A DNA stretch of 64,000 bases from Sedimentisphaerales bacterium. Lineage in GTDB: Bacteria > Planctomycetota > Phycisphaerae > Sedimentisphaerales > Anaerobacaceae. The position numbers and the translations under genes are program-made. The notes below the pieces were generated by a model. The model did no database searches, was not told the DNA's origin, and saw only the letters and a program-made list of their open reading frames with translations. Of the stretch, positions 19,245 to 28,076 are shown one piece after another. Within the stretch, counting starts at the first letter, position 1. Each line of letters opens with the position of its first letter. The DNA is taken from positions 4,768,001 to 4,832,000 of the forward strand of contig OY970194.1 in the NCBI GenBank assembly GCA_963708075.1. The letters are read 5' to 3'.

Positions 19245-20095
19245 TGAACCGGCTTGCCGTAAACTTCAACCTCGATGTAGTGATTCAGGTCGTTGCTGGT
19301 GTTGCCGTTGCTGTACAGGCGGACGTACCGGGCCTTCGGGCTGCCCTGCGACAAGAGATCGATGAGCCTGCCCTCAGAGGTCTCGACATAGTGCATGTTC
19401 GTGCCGATGCCCAGGCCGGCGGAGTTGTCGAGGTCATTGTTGAAGACGGTCTTGACGTCCGTGACAAAATCCTTGTCGTTCGCGAGCTGCACGACCACGT
19501 CATTGTATACGCGAGGCTGTTTGTGATAGTGCCAGACAACGATGACGTAGATCTCGCACTGCTTCTCCAGATCGACCGTGACGTGCTGCACGAGCGGGGC
19601 CAGCTCGACATAGCTGCCGTCGGCGGCTTCCTTATCCCCATCGGTGATGTAATCGATGTCGCCAATGATCGGCTCCTCATCGCTGGCCGAGACGGGCTTG
19701 CCTCGGGACAGAAGGACCGTGCCCTCGGGGGCCAGGAACGGCGGACGGGGCTTGCCCAGCGGCTTTTCAAGATTCTCCACCTTGATATCCTGCGGCGTAC
19801 CGACAAACATCGGCTTGGGCAGCTCGATGTTGAGCGGCACCATCTTGGCGCCGGAGGCTGCTGCTGTCGCGGCAGGCGCGGGGGCCGGCGCGACAGGCTT
19901 CGGGGCCTCTTTCGGCTGCTCCGGTGTCGCCGCAACCGGCTGGATGGCAGGCACTGCCTCTTTCTGGGGTGCAGGGGGTGTCGGCTGCTTGGTCGTCGGG
20001 GGAGTCTCTGATTTCTTGCACGAAGCGCTCATACAAAGCGCCGCCGCCAAAGCCGCCAGGAGAACGATTCTTGTCATCTGCCAGTTCTTTCTCAT
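19241..20095 (-). CDS. Putative lipoprotein: Pro/Ala/Thr-rich linker plus discoidin/galactose-binding-like domain
   Basis: Signal ending SASC-KK; PAP linker; ITDGDK, VTVDLE, ARYVRLYSNGN, NHYIEVEVYG. Confidence 0.75.
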   Translation of the reverse strand: MRKNWQMTRIVLLAALAAALCMSASCKKSETPPTTKQPTPPAPQKEAVPAIQPVAATPEQPKEAPKPVAPAPAPAATAAASGAKMVPLNIELPKPMFVGTPQDIKVENLEKPLGKPRPPFLAPEGTVLLSRGKPVSASDEEPIIGDIDYITDGDKEAADGSYVELAPLVQHVTVDLEKQCEIYVIVVWHYHKQPRVYNDVVVQLANDKDFVTDVKTVFNNDLDNSAGLGIGTNMHYVETSEGRLIDLLSQGSPKARYVRLYSNGNTSNDLNHYIEVEVYGKPVQ

Positions 20096-20193
20096 CGTCG
20101 TCAACCTTTTCAACGTGAACCTAATATATCCCAGTGTACCGCGACGGTTTCAGCCCTCGAAACCGCTGCCGGTCCCGGCCGGCCAAAGCGGGT

Positions 20194-20222
20194 ATGCTAC
20201 CGGCGCCCGGTCCCATTGTCAA
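20194..20222 (-). promoter_or_regulatory. Putative sigma70 promoter for lipoprotein-GT-C-apbE unit
   Basis: TTGACA-17 nt-TAGCAT on the minus strand. Confidence 0.5.
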
Positions 20223-20280
20223 GTTGCGCCACCGGACATTTCGTTACAGTATCTGTGCAGGTTTTTTGGGGTACCGTACC

Positions 20281-20373
20281 GGGTGGCAGCGGCAAGCGCC
20301 GGCTTGCCAATGGCTCCTTAGCTGCCTGACACCATCGGCAAGCTCCGAAGGCTCCGCTTGCCGCTGGCCACCC
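20281..20373. repeat. Family A variant palindrome
   Basis: gggtggcagcggcaagcg...cgcttgccgctggccaccc. Confidence 0.75.
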
Positions 20374-20394
20374 ACGAACCATGTCTGTTCCGGC

Positions 20395-20434
20395 GAAAAA
20401 GAAAAGCAGGGACCCGGCATTTGCCAGGTCCCTG
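20395..20434 (-). terminator. Probable intrinsic terminator downstream of permease
   Basis: Minus strand: cagggacctggc-aaat-gccgggtccctg stem followed by cttttcttttt. Confidence 0.7.
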
Positions 20435-20578
20435 TCTATCCATCATGACTTTCAGAGTGCTTGGGTGCTTCGCACCCGCGTACCACCAGGCTGGCGGCGT
20501 CGGCGACTTCTCGCCACCAAGGACATGGTCGGCGGATTCGGCGTCCGGGGCTGCAGGTCCCGGACCCGGCTCACCCAC

Positions 20579-21967
20579 TCACTTGGGCGAGACACCCGGC
20601 ATTGCCACCGCCCGCGGCTGCAGCCCGGCCTTGGCCAGGATGAAGTACAGCACTGCACCAACGATGAACGCCACCAGAGGCGCTGCCGGAACATTCGCGA
20701 TCCCGACGAGTGGCGCTATACCCACGATAAATCCGACGGCCCAGGAGATCCACCCCGCCAGGTTCCAGCCGAGACGCGGGCCCGCCCAAGTCTTTCCGGA
20801 CAGGAAGTAGTCCACGAGCATCGCACCGCAGACCGGTCCAAAGGAAGCGCCGATAACCGTAAATACAGCGCCCGCCCTGCCCGCCCAGCCAGTCACGGCC
20901 AGGATGATACTGACCGCCGCGCCAACCCCTACGGAGATGAACGGATTGACCTTCGGCAACACGGTCTTGAAGCTGTTGGCTGCAATAAATGAGGAGAAGC
21001 AGGCAGACGGGAAAGCGGAAATCGCCAACAGCAATCCCATGATCTTGCCTGCACCCTCGGAGCCCATGATGCGGCCCATGAAACTGGGGGATGCGGTATT
21101 CAGGTCGGCTTGGCCGGTAAGCCCGAAGGCCCCTGCGGCGATCAGCAGAGAGGCCCCGCCCGCAACGATAATCGCCACCGCGATACCGACGATGCCACCC
21201 ATCTGAACGTCTTTTTCGTCCCGGCTGCTCATCCCGAAATCAACCCCGGCGGCACCCGCTGTCGCGAAGAATCCGACAACGAACGCTATCGAAAGCGCGA
21301 TTACGCCAAAGACGCTCAGGCCCGCCGCTGCACCTGCGACGGGGACTGCACCACTGGCGGCCACCAGCTTTGCAGGGTCGAAGTCGCCAAGGCCTCCAAG
21401 GGTCTTTACCAGCAGGACGAGGAGGATAATCACTGGGATCAAGGGAAGGTAGGTTGCCACCTTTGCCACATACTGAATTCCCTTCAGCCCGACGAACGCC
21501 GCGAGTGCGGCCCATAGGACCGCGATAATCTTCACGGCTACGACGTTGTTGCCTACCAGAGGCGCAAGCGCCTGCGAGGAGAAGTATGCGTTGACACCGA
21601 GCCAGCCAAATTGCAGGGCGCCCATGAGGAACCCGGGCATCAGGAACCCGCCCTGCGTGCCGTACTGGGCGCTGCCAACGACATACAGGGGCAGGCCCGT
21701 CTTCATCCCGAACATGCCCGGCACATAGTAGAACAGGACGTGGCACAGCAGTGCTGCGATGACCAGCCCCAGAAGGGCAACCCCCACGCCCTGTGACAAC
21801 GTGCCGCCGGCAATCCCCGTTCCGCCGCTCGGTGCCTGGCTCCAGAAGACGAACCACAGGAAAATGCCCGCGTATGTGGGGGCCGTGTTTTTGTACCACG
21901 GCGCCCGGTTGGCCGGCGGGTTCGGCTTGGCCATGCTCAAATAATTTGGCAACGTTCCGTTACTCAT
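20579..21967 (-). CDS. NCS1/cytosine-purine permease family transporter
   Basis: About 12 hydrophobic segments; GMKTGLP...GSAQYG, QFGWLGVN, GVDFG, FGPVCG..LVDY. Confidence 0.75.
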   Translation of the reverse strand: MSNGTLPNYLSMAKPNPPANRAPWYKNTAPTYAGIFLWFVFWSQAPSGGTGIAGGTLSQGVGVALLGLVIAALLCHVLFYYVPGMFGMKTGLPLYVVGSAQYGTQGGFLMPGFLMGALQFGWLGVNAYFSSQALAPLVGNNVVAVKIIAVLWAALAAFVGLKGIQYVAKVATYLPLIPVIILLVLLVKTLGGLGDFDPAKLVAASGAVPVAGAAAGLSVFGVIALSIAFVVGFFATAGAAGVDFGMSSRDEKDVQMGGIVGIAVAIIVAGGASLLIAAGAFGLTGQADLNTASPSFMGRIMGSEGAGKIMGLLLAISAFPSACFSSFIAANSFKTVLPKVNPFISVGVGAAVSIILAVTGWAGRAGAVFTVIGASFGPVCGAMLVDYFLSGKTWAGPRLGWNLAGWISWAVGFIVGIAPLVGIANVPAAPLVAFIVGAVLYFILAKAGLQPRAVAMPGVSPK

Positions 21968-22235
21968 GATCGGCTCTCCTTAAATCGTTTCTACCCATGC
22001 CCGCGTGCGGCGGGTGACTTATCGGATCGGCAGACCGCCGGTCTCAGCGAAGGGAAGAACTGGTGTGCAGATCATGACTACGGAGATGGTACGATGCATG
22101 CCTTTCTCCCCGTCACGTTGGCCGGCCGTGCCGATCCTCGGCACAGGCGCCGTTGCACCCATATGGCCGATGCTCCGGCCCCGGGCCCGCGATCCGGACC
22201 CGGCTTCTACCCACAACAGTAAGGCGGATGGTCGC

Positions 22236-22895
22236 CTAGATCGCGTTGGCCATCCGCAGTCGCACTGCCAAGTATGTATGGATGATCGCTACGATAACGA
22301 ACACCATGCCGACCCATCGGTGCAGGGACAGCGTGGTGCGTTGCCAATCCGTTCCGAGGATATGAAACATGCTGATGACGATGGACACAACCAGCGGCAG
22401 CGTCAGGAACAGCAGGGCCCAAAAAGCCGCTTTGTAGAGCATCAGAGAGCATCGCCACGGCCTGTCGTCCGCAGCGACCTGTAGCCGGGTCACTCGACGC
22501 AGCAGCCGCGACATCCACGGACAATCCTCCGCCGCGAAGCGGTTAGCGCCCGCCCAGGTGATCGCCAGGATCGCCATGCACAGGGCGAAGACCGGTGCGA
22601 ACGTGGCGTGGATCATCATCCCGAAGCCCGAGATGTGCTCGCCTTTGACCAGGACCGGGTAGAACCCTGTGATCGCCAGAACCAGGAAGCAGACTGCCGC
22701 CACGAGGTAACAGAGCTTCTTGAGAGCCCCCAGGAGGCTTGACCTTTGCTCGATGAGCAGCAGACTCAGCGTGTGCACCCCACCCTGGACCACATTGCGC
22801 GAACCACCGGCCGGGGTGGCGACCCAGTGCACCGCGATACCGACAAATGTCGCCAGGAACGCAAAAATCGAGACAGTCTCAAACATCCGGATCAC
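22236..22895 (-). CDS. Membrane cytochrome b-like subunit (FdnI/HydC-like)
   Basis: About 5 TM helices with membrane His (MIHATF, LHRWVG, IIHTY); immediately downstream of the multiheme cytochrome. Confidence 0.65.
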   Translation of the reverse strand: MIRMFETVSIFAFLATFVGIAVHWVATPAGGSRNVVQGGVHTLSLLLIEQRSSLLGALKKLCYLVAAVCFLVLAITGFYPVLVKGEHISGFGMMIHATFAPVFALCMAILAITWAGANRFAAEDCPWMSRLLRRVTRLQVAADDRPWRCSLMLYKAAFWALLFLTLPLVVSIVISMFHILGTDWQRTTLSLHRWVGMVFVIVAIIHTYLAVRLRMANAI

Positions 22896-22898
22896 CTA

Positions 22899-22982
22899 AT
22901 CATTGATGACGGATAATTGATTATTGATGATTTGTGGCTGCCAACCCTCAATCATCAATCATCCATCATCCATTATCAATTA
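22899..22982. repeat. Inverted pair of 7-mer tandem repeats
   Basis: gatgacg-gataatt-gattatt-gatgatt ... tcaatca-tcaatca-tccatca-tccatta-tcaat. Confidence 0.8.
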
Positions 22983-24895
22983 CTCTGCTTTTGTTCAGCC
23001 AGTACTCTTGCGACGGCGCCGAGGGCCTTGAGGGCGTACAGCAACAGGACAATGCCTATGACCGCGACGGAGCCAATCGCCACGACCTTGAACCACGGCC
23101 GGAAAACGAACGACCAGGCGAACGCCCACGTGCGGCTGTGAGGCGCCCCCTGGAACTGATACTGCTTCATTCCGCTGCCGATGAGGGTGGCAACCGGCGA
23201 ATCCGCCGCCACGTTTCCAAAGAAGAACGCGGAGTTCGTCGAGTGGCAGACGGTGCATTTGCCGACGCCAAGAGACTGTGCGGCGGGACGCACATTGTGC
23301 GCGATCGGCCACATGTAAGGAGCGGCCGCAACATGCTTTTGCGGCGGCAGGAGCTTGCCGTCATCGCCGAGGCGGTACAGAACGCCGCCGGTGACGTACA
23401 CGGGCTTCTGCTCGGCCGAGCCGCCCAGCGCCGTAAGGGCCTGAGCGATTTGCTCTTCCTTCAACGGAGCCCAGTCGCCCGTGCGTGGGACTGTGACACC
23501 CTTCAATGCCGCGCCGACGTCTTTCGTCACAGTCGCCAGATCGACCGGCTGAACCTTATCGTCCTTACCCAACATGCCCCAGTAGGCAGGCCAGATCAGC
23601 TTATTCGGCGTGATCTTGCTGACCTTGCCGGTCGCCTTCGCAAAGACCGGGTACTGAATATGCGGCAAGGCATTGGGTACCTTATTGGAGCCGTGCGTGC
23701 CCAACGCATGGGCCTGCGAAGTCTTGCATCGATCGGCCTCGCTCTCGGGCCAGGGCCCGGAGTGGCACGCCGTGCAGCTTAACCTCTCGAAGTGGACGGC
23801 GGGAATGCCCTTATGCTCGGGAACAGGCGCCCCGAGCCGTCCGCCTTCCGGCCGGCCGCTCTCGTCACCCAGATGGCACCCTCGGCAAGTGCTCCGGGCA
23901 GCCATAACATTGGCATTGTTCTCGCCCTCGTAGCCGCGAATCGTGTTGTGTTCCAGGCCCTCCCGGTGGCAATCCACGCAGGTCATCCCGGAAGTCATGT
24001 GCACGTCCTCGTCCGCCTGCCATTTCTGCGTTCCGTGCTTGTCCACGTTGATATCGGAATGGCAGAAATAGCACCGCTCCGCGGAGATGCGGTTGCTGAC
24101 ATCGAAGAACACGTTGTCCTTGTGATCGAACGTGTTCGCACGGTAAGTTACGGTCGGGACCTGCGGGAGCAGTTCAGGACTCGTCACCGTATCCGGCATC
24201 CGGTAGTCGAACGTCTCATCCATCTTCTCGGCCGAGCCGGTCACCGCCGCGAATCCGGCCGACGCCGTGGCCGCCCAGCGGAAGTTCTGCTTCTCGACAT
24301 TGGCAGCGTATTCCGCCTGGTCGTGGGCAGCGTCCGCATCATGGCAGCTCAGGCAGTTGATCTCCACCTTGCCCGAGACCATCTGCCGGGTGATCTCGGC
24401 ATCGTTGGTCGTATCCATCTCACCGGGTCCGCCGCCCGGCATCTGCCGGCCGAACAGATCGGTGAACTGGAATGGGCTTATCCCCACCTGATCGGGTCTG
24501 AACGTCCCGGGCCAAGCACGATAGGAAAGCGGGATCTGGGTCCCCGTGGCGGCATCGACGTGGATCCAGGGCTGTCCCGGGCGGCCCGCCGGAACATTCG
24601 GCTCGCCCGCGTTGAAATGCCAGCCTTTTCGGATCACGTCATACGTATGCTCATACACGTGGCACTCGCTGCATGTGCCTCGCATCGAGAAGGGCAGAGC
24701 CGGACTCGTTTCCGCGGTGATCTTCTCCCGCTTCTCTCCGGCTTCCGCCTCCGTATAGAGCGGAATCCTGTGAATCGCGAGGGCGCGCGTTCCGTCGCCC
24801 CGGTTCAGGACGACTGTCTCCGCTGACGTTGCCGCCGCCGTCGGCCGAATGAACACCGACAGCAGGCACAAACCTGCAAAGATCGCCTTTCTCAA
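22976..24895 (-). CDS. Membrane-anchored multiheme cytochrome c (7 CxxCH)
   Basis: CSECH, CLSCH, CYFCH, CVDCH, CRGCH, CTACH, CTVCH; N-terminal signal from TTG 24895 with GAAGGA RBS; C-terminal TM helix. Confidence 0.9.
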   Translation of the reverse strand: MRKAIFAGLCLLSVFIRPTAAATSAETVVLNRGDGTRALAIHRIPLYTEAEAGEKREKITAETSPALPFSMRGTCSECHVYEHTYDVIRKGWHFNAGEPNVPAGRPGQPWIHVDAATGTQIPLSYRAWPGTFRPDQVGISPFQFTDLFGRQMPGGGPGEMDTTNDAEITRQMVSGKVEINCLSCHDADAAHDQAEYAANVEKQNFRWAATASAGFAAVTGSAEKMDETFDYRMPDTVTSPELLPQVPTVTYRANTFDHKDNVFFDVSNRISAERCYFCHSDINVDKHGTQKWQADEDVHMTSGMTCVDCHREGLEHNTIRGYEGENNANVMAARSTCRGCHLGDESGRPEGGRLGAPVPEHKGIPAVHFERLSCTACHSGPWPESEADRCKTSQAHALGTHGSNKVPNALPHIQYPVFAKATGKVSKITPNKLIWPAYWGMLGKDDKVQPVDLATVTKDVGAALKGVTVPRTGDWAPLKEEQIAQALTALGGSAEQKPVYVTGGVLYRLGDDGKLLPPQKHVAAAPYMWPIAHNVRPAAQSLGVGKCTVCHSTNSAFFFGNVAADSPVATLIGSGMKQYQFQGAPHSRTWAFAWSFVFRPWFKVVAIGSVAVIGIVLLLYALKALGAVARVLAEQKQSN

Positions 24896-25004
24896 GGTAC
24901 CTGTATCCTTCAAATGTACCGACAATCGGTTGGTGTGCGGTGCACACCCTACATGACGCCTTATGCCGCAACATCCCACTATATGTCATTCCTGCAAAGA
25001 TGCC

Positions 25005-25093
25005 GGGTGGCATCGTCAAGCGCAGCTTGGCGATGGTCTTCCACGCTCACGAAAGAGCCATCGCCAAGACCTTCGGTCTTGACGCTGCCACCC
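25005..25093. repeat. Family A palindromic element
   Basis: gggtggcatcgtcaagcgcagcttggcgatgg...ccatcgccaagaccttcggtcttgacgctgccaccc. Confidence 0.9.
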
Positions 25094-25151
25094 GGAGCAT
25101 AATCTCGTGCCTCAGAGGCCATCTGCGAAACACCCCTAGTGAGACAGGCTC

Positions 25152-26507
25152 TTAGACTTTGAACTCGTCCGGCTTGAATTCGAGCCTTTTGGCGGCTTCG
25201 ACGGCCTCATTGACCTTCAGGACCATGACGGCCGTCTCGTACCCGACTTCGGCCGGGCAGTTCAGCTTCGCCTTGCCGCGCATCGCATCGAAGAAGTTCT
25301 CCAAGTGCGGCTGATGATACGGCTTGTTGTCCATCGTGACGGGGATCTCGTAGGCCGCAGGCGCCAGCGTCTCACGCACATCGAGGGCGGCGTCGCCTTC
25401 CTTCTTCGGAGCTTCCTTCGCCTTCGGATCGTTCAGGAAGCCGAGCTTGACCCACTTGTCCCATTCCACCTGGGCGCTTGCCTCGCGGTAGACCGCTCCA
25501 CGGCTGGCCGATTCGGAGATGGACAGCGTCCCCTGGTCGCCCATGAAGACTTCATAGTAGCCCTGGTTGCTGTTGGTCGTGAGCACCTGATAGAAGCCCC
25601 GGACCAAGCCTTCCTTCGTCTCGAAGTCATAGATAGCCATGACTGTGTCGTACCACTCATGGGTTTTCTTGTCGTAGTAATCGGTACCGCCACTGGCGAT
25701 GACGCCCTTGGGGGTGGTGCCGAGGAACCAGCTATAAATGTCGATCTGGTGCGAGCCGAGGTCCACAATGGGCCCGCCGCCGAGTTTCTTGTACCATCGC
25801 CAGTTGCGGAACTGCTCCATATTGGTGAAGCCGTACTTGCCGAGGGTGGCGTCGTCGATGACCGCGGTCTTGGGCCAGCCGAGAGGCTCCTGGGCCCCAC
25901 GGTTCCACTGGCCGTTGATTGTCGTGATCCGGCCGAGAATCTTGGCTTCCTTGATCAATTTATCGTAGCAGTGGAGGTAGCGAGGGTTGCTGCGGCGCTG
26001 ATGGCCGATCTGCAGGAGCTTGCCCGTCTTCTTCTGGGCTTCGACCATCTGCCTGGCCTTGGCCAGATCGTTGGACATCTCCTTCTCGCAGTAGACGTCA
26101 AGGCCGGCCTCCATGCAGGCGATGGCGTGCTCGGCATGCCAGAAATCGGGCGTCGCGATGATCACCGCGTCGATCTTGCCCTTCTCCTTATCGAGCATCT
26201 CCTTGTAATCGGTGTAGGCGTTGCACTCGTACTTATAGGCCTTCAACAGCCTGGCCATGTTCCTCTGATTCCACGCCTCCCAGATATCGCAGACGGCCTT
26301 GAACTGGACGCCCGGGATCTTCCGGCAGGCCTGCATCAGGATCTGCCCCTCGGCGCCGGCGCCCAGCAGGGCGACATTGATATCCTTTGCTCCGCCGGAG
26401 GCTGCGGCAAACATCCTCGGTGAAAAGGCCAGACCCGCACCGACCGCCGCGGTCGTGCGCAGGAAGTTGCGTCTGTTCATCCCTTGCTGTACTTTCTGCT
26501 CGCTCAT
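25152..26507 (-). CDS. Tat-exported Gfo/Idh/MocA oxidoreductase (paralog 1)
   Basis: NRRNFL signal; GAGAEG, IATPDFWH, YCEKEM, GHQRRS, DLGSHQID. Confidence 0.92.
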   Translation of the reverse strand: MSEQKVQQGMNRRNFLRTTAAVGAGLAFSPRMFAAASGGAKDINVALLGAGAEGQILMQACRKIPGVQFKAVCDIWEAWNQRNMARLLKAYKYECNAYTDYKEMLDKEKGKIDAVIIATPDFWHAEHAIACMEAGLDVYCEKEMSNDLAKARQMVEAQKKTGKLLQIGHQRRSNPRYLHCYDKLIKEAKILGRITTINGQWNRGAQEPLGWPKTAVIDDATLGKYGFTNMEQFRNWRWYKKLGGGPIVDLGSHQIDIYSWFLGTTPKGVIASGGTDYYDKKTHEWYDTVMAIYDFETKEGLVRGFYQVLTTNSNQGYYEVFMGDQGTLSISESASRGAVYREASAQVEWDKWVKLGFLNDPKAKEAPKKEGDAALDVRETLAPAAYEIPVTMDNKPYHQPHLENFFDAMRGKAKLNCPAEVGYETAVMVLKVNEAVEAAKRLEFKPDEFKV

Positions 26508-26574
26508 CGTATTTCTACCTGTTCCCAAAATTGAACTTTACAGTTCACAACCCGTACTTCGAGTTTAGCCGGTC

Positions 26575-26603
26575 ATTATCCCGACGACCCGGATGGCTGT
26601 CAA
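26575..26603 (-). promoter_or_regulatory. Putative sigma70 promoter for paralog 1-cytochrome unit
   Basis: TTGACA-17 nt-GATAAT on the minus strand, about 70 nt before ATG 26507. Confidence 0.6.
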
Positions 26604-26679
26604 GGACAGTCGCCCCGTTTTTTCGTGTCGTCCGATAATGCCGGCACGCCAATACTTCACGCTGCGCAGCGCGAGACAC

Positions 26680-28068
26680 TCATTTCACCAATGGTGTTAC
26701 AACGATGTTACGATAGGCCACGGGCCCGTGGTTGCCCTGGAACATCAGCGGCCCCTCGGGCGCCTCTTTGCCCGTCACCCCGCCGGGGGTCTTGTCGGGC
26801 ATCACCAGGTTCTTGTGCAGGACCTGGCCATTGAGCTCGACCTTCACGAACTCGGCATTCTTGACCTTCTTGCCACCGGCGTCGAACTTCGGGGCACGCC
26901 ATTCGATCACGTACTGCTGCCACTCGCCGGGCTTCTTGGAGGCGTTGACAGCGGGTGCAAAACCGCCATAGATGGCGCCCATGTCCCCACTGCCCATCTT
27001 CTCGCGGCCATAGCTGTCGAGCACCTGGACCTCGTACTCGCCCATCACGTAGATGCCCGAATTCGAGCCCTGCGGCACCGTCACTTCCAGCTCGATCCGG
27101 CAATCACCGAACTTCGCCTTGGAGTAGATGTCCTGGCTGGCGCCGTGCTCGGGGCTCACATTGATCATCTCGCCGGTCCCCTGAGCGGCTTCCAACTGTT
27201 TCGGATCGCTCGCGGAGATTTTGGCCTTGCCAACCTTCCACAGATTCGCCTTGCCGGAGCCGGCGTTGGCGGTCCACTCGTCGAGGTTCTGGCCGTTGAA
27301 GGCAAGGACTGCGTCGCCATAGCCCGGCGGCGTCTTCTTGACCAGTATATCCTTGAACTCCACAAGCATCGGCGGTCCGGCATGGATCTGCAAAGCCAGC
27401 AGGCCCTTGCGGGAAGCCCCCTTGCGGTCCTTCGGATCATCCGGGCTGGTCAAGCGGTCGTTGTCGATCAGCTCGATGGTCTTGTAACCATTGAGATATT
27501 GAATGATGTGGTTGCCCTGAGCGATGATGAGGTACTCGTTCCAGTCCTTGTCCTTGTAGTAGCCGGCATCGATGAGCGCCTGGCGGTCGTTGACGTTACC
27601 GGCCACCTTCTTGTTGCCCTGGCCATCGATGATGACGAACTCGCCGACGTTGGCCAGATACGCCCGCCCGGCCTCGTGATAGAGGAACCCGACCTTGCCC
27701 GGGGTGCCTTCCACCTCGGCCTGGTAGCCGGTGATCCGCCACTTATCGAATTCCTTGCTGCGGTACTGAATGCCCGAGTTGCCGTTGCGGATGCGGAACT
27801 TGATTTTCAGCTCGAAGTCGCCCATCTCGCCGCCGCGATAGACCAGGAAGGTATTACCCTTCGTGGGGTTTTCCGGGGTCGTCTCGCCGCGGATGACGCC
27901 GTCTTTGGCCGACCAGAGGCGTGTGTCGCCCTCCCAGCCGGTGAGGTCCTTGCCGTTGAACAGCGGGACCCACCCATCGGACGCGTTTGCATTACCCGCC
28001 AGTGCCTCCTGCTGAACGCCGGCCACAAGCACCACAAACAAGCTCAGAACTACTATCTTCTTCATCAC
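26680..28068 (-). CDS. Secreted protein with two DUF1080 (3-keto-disaccharide hydrolase-like) domains
   Basis: LFNGKDLTGW, GNSGIQYR, LQIH..EFKDI; second domain FNG.NL..W, NSGIY, YEVQVLD, FQGNHG..YRNI. Confidence 0.9.
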   Translation of the reverse strand: MMKKIVVLSLFVVLVAGVQQEALAGNANASDGWVPLFNGKDLTGWEGDTRLWSAKDGVIRGETTPENPTKGNTFLVYRGGEMGDFELKIKFRIRNGNSGIQYRSKEFDKWRITGYQAEVEGTPGKVGFLYHEAGRAYLANVGEFVIIDGQGNKKVAGNVNDRQALIDAGYYKDKDWNEYLIIAQGNHIIQYLNGYKTIELIDNDRLTSPDDPKDRKGASRKGLLALQIHAGPPMLVEFKDILVKKTPPGYGDAVLAFNGQNLDEWTANAGSGKANLWKVGKAKISASDPKQLEAAQGTGEMINVSPEHGASQDIYSKAKFGDCRIELEVTVPQGSNSGIYVMGEYEVQVLDSYGREKMGSGDMGAIYGGFAPAVNASKKPGEWQQYVIEWRAPKFDAGGKKVKNAEFVKVELNGQVLHKNLVMPDKTPGGVTGKEAPEGPLMFQGNHGPVAYRNIVVTPLVK

Positions 28069-28076
28069 AGTCCACC

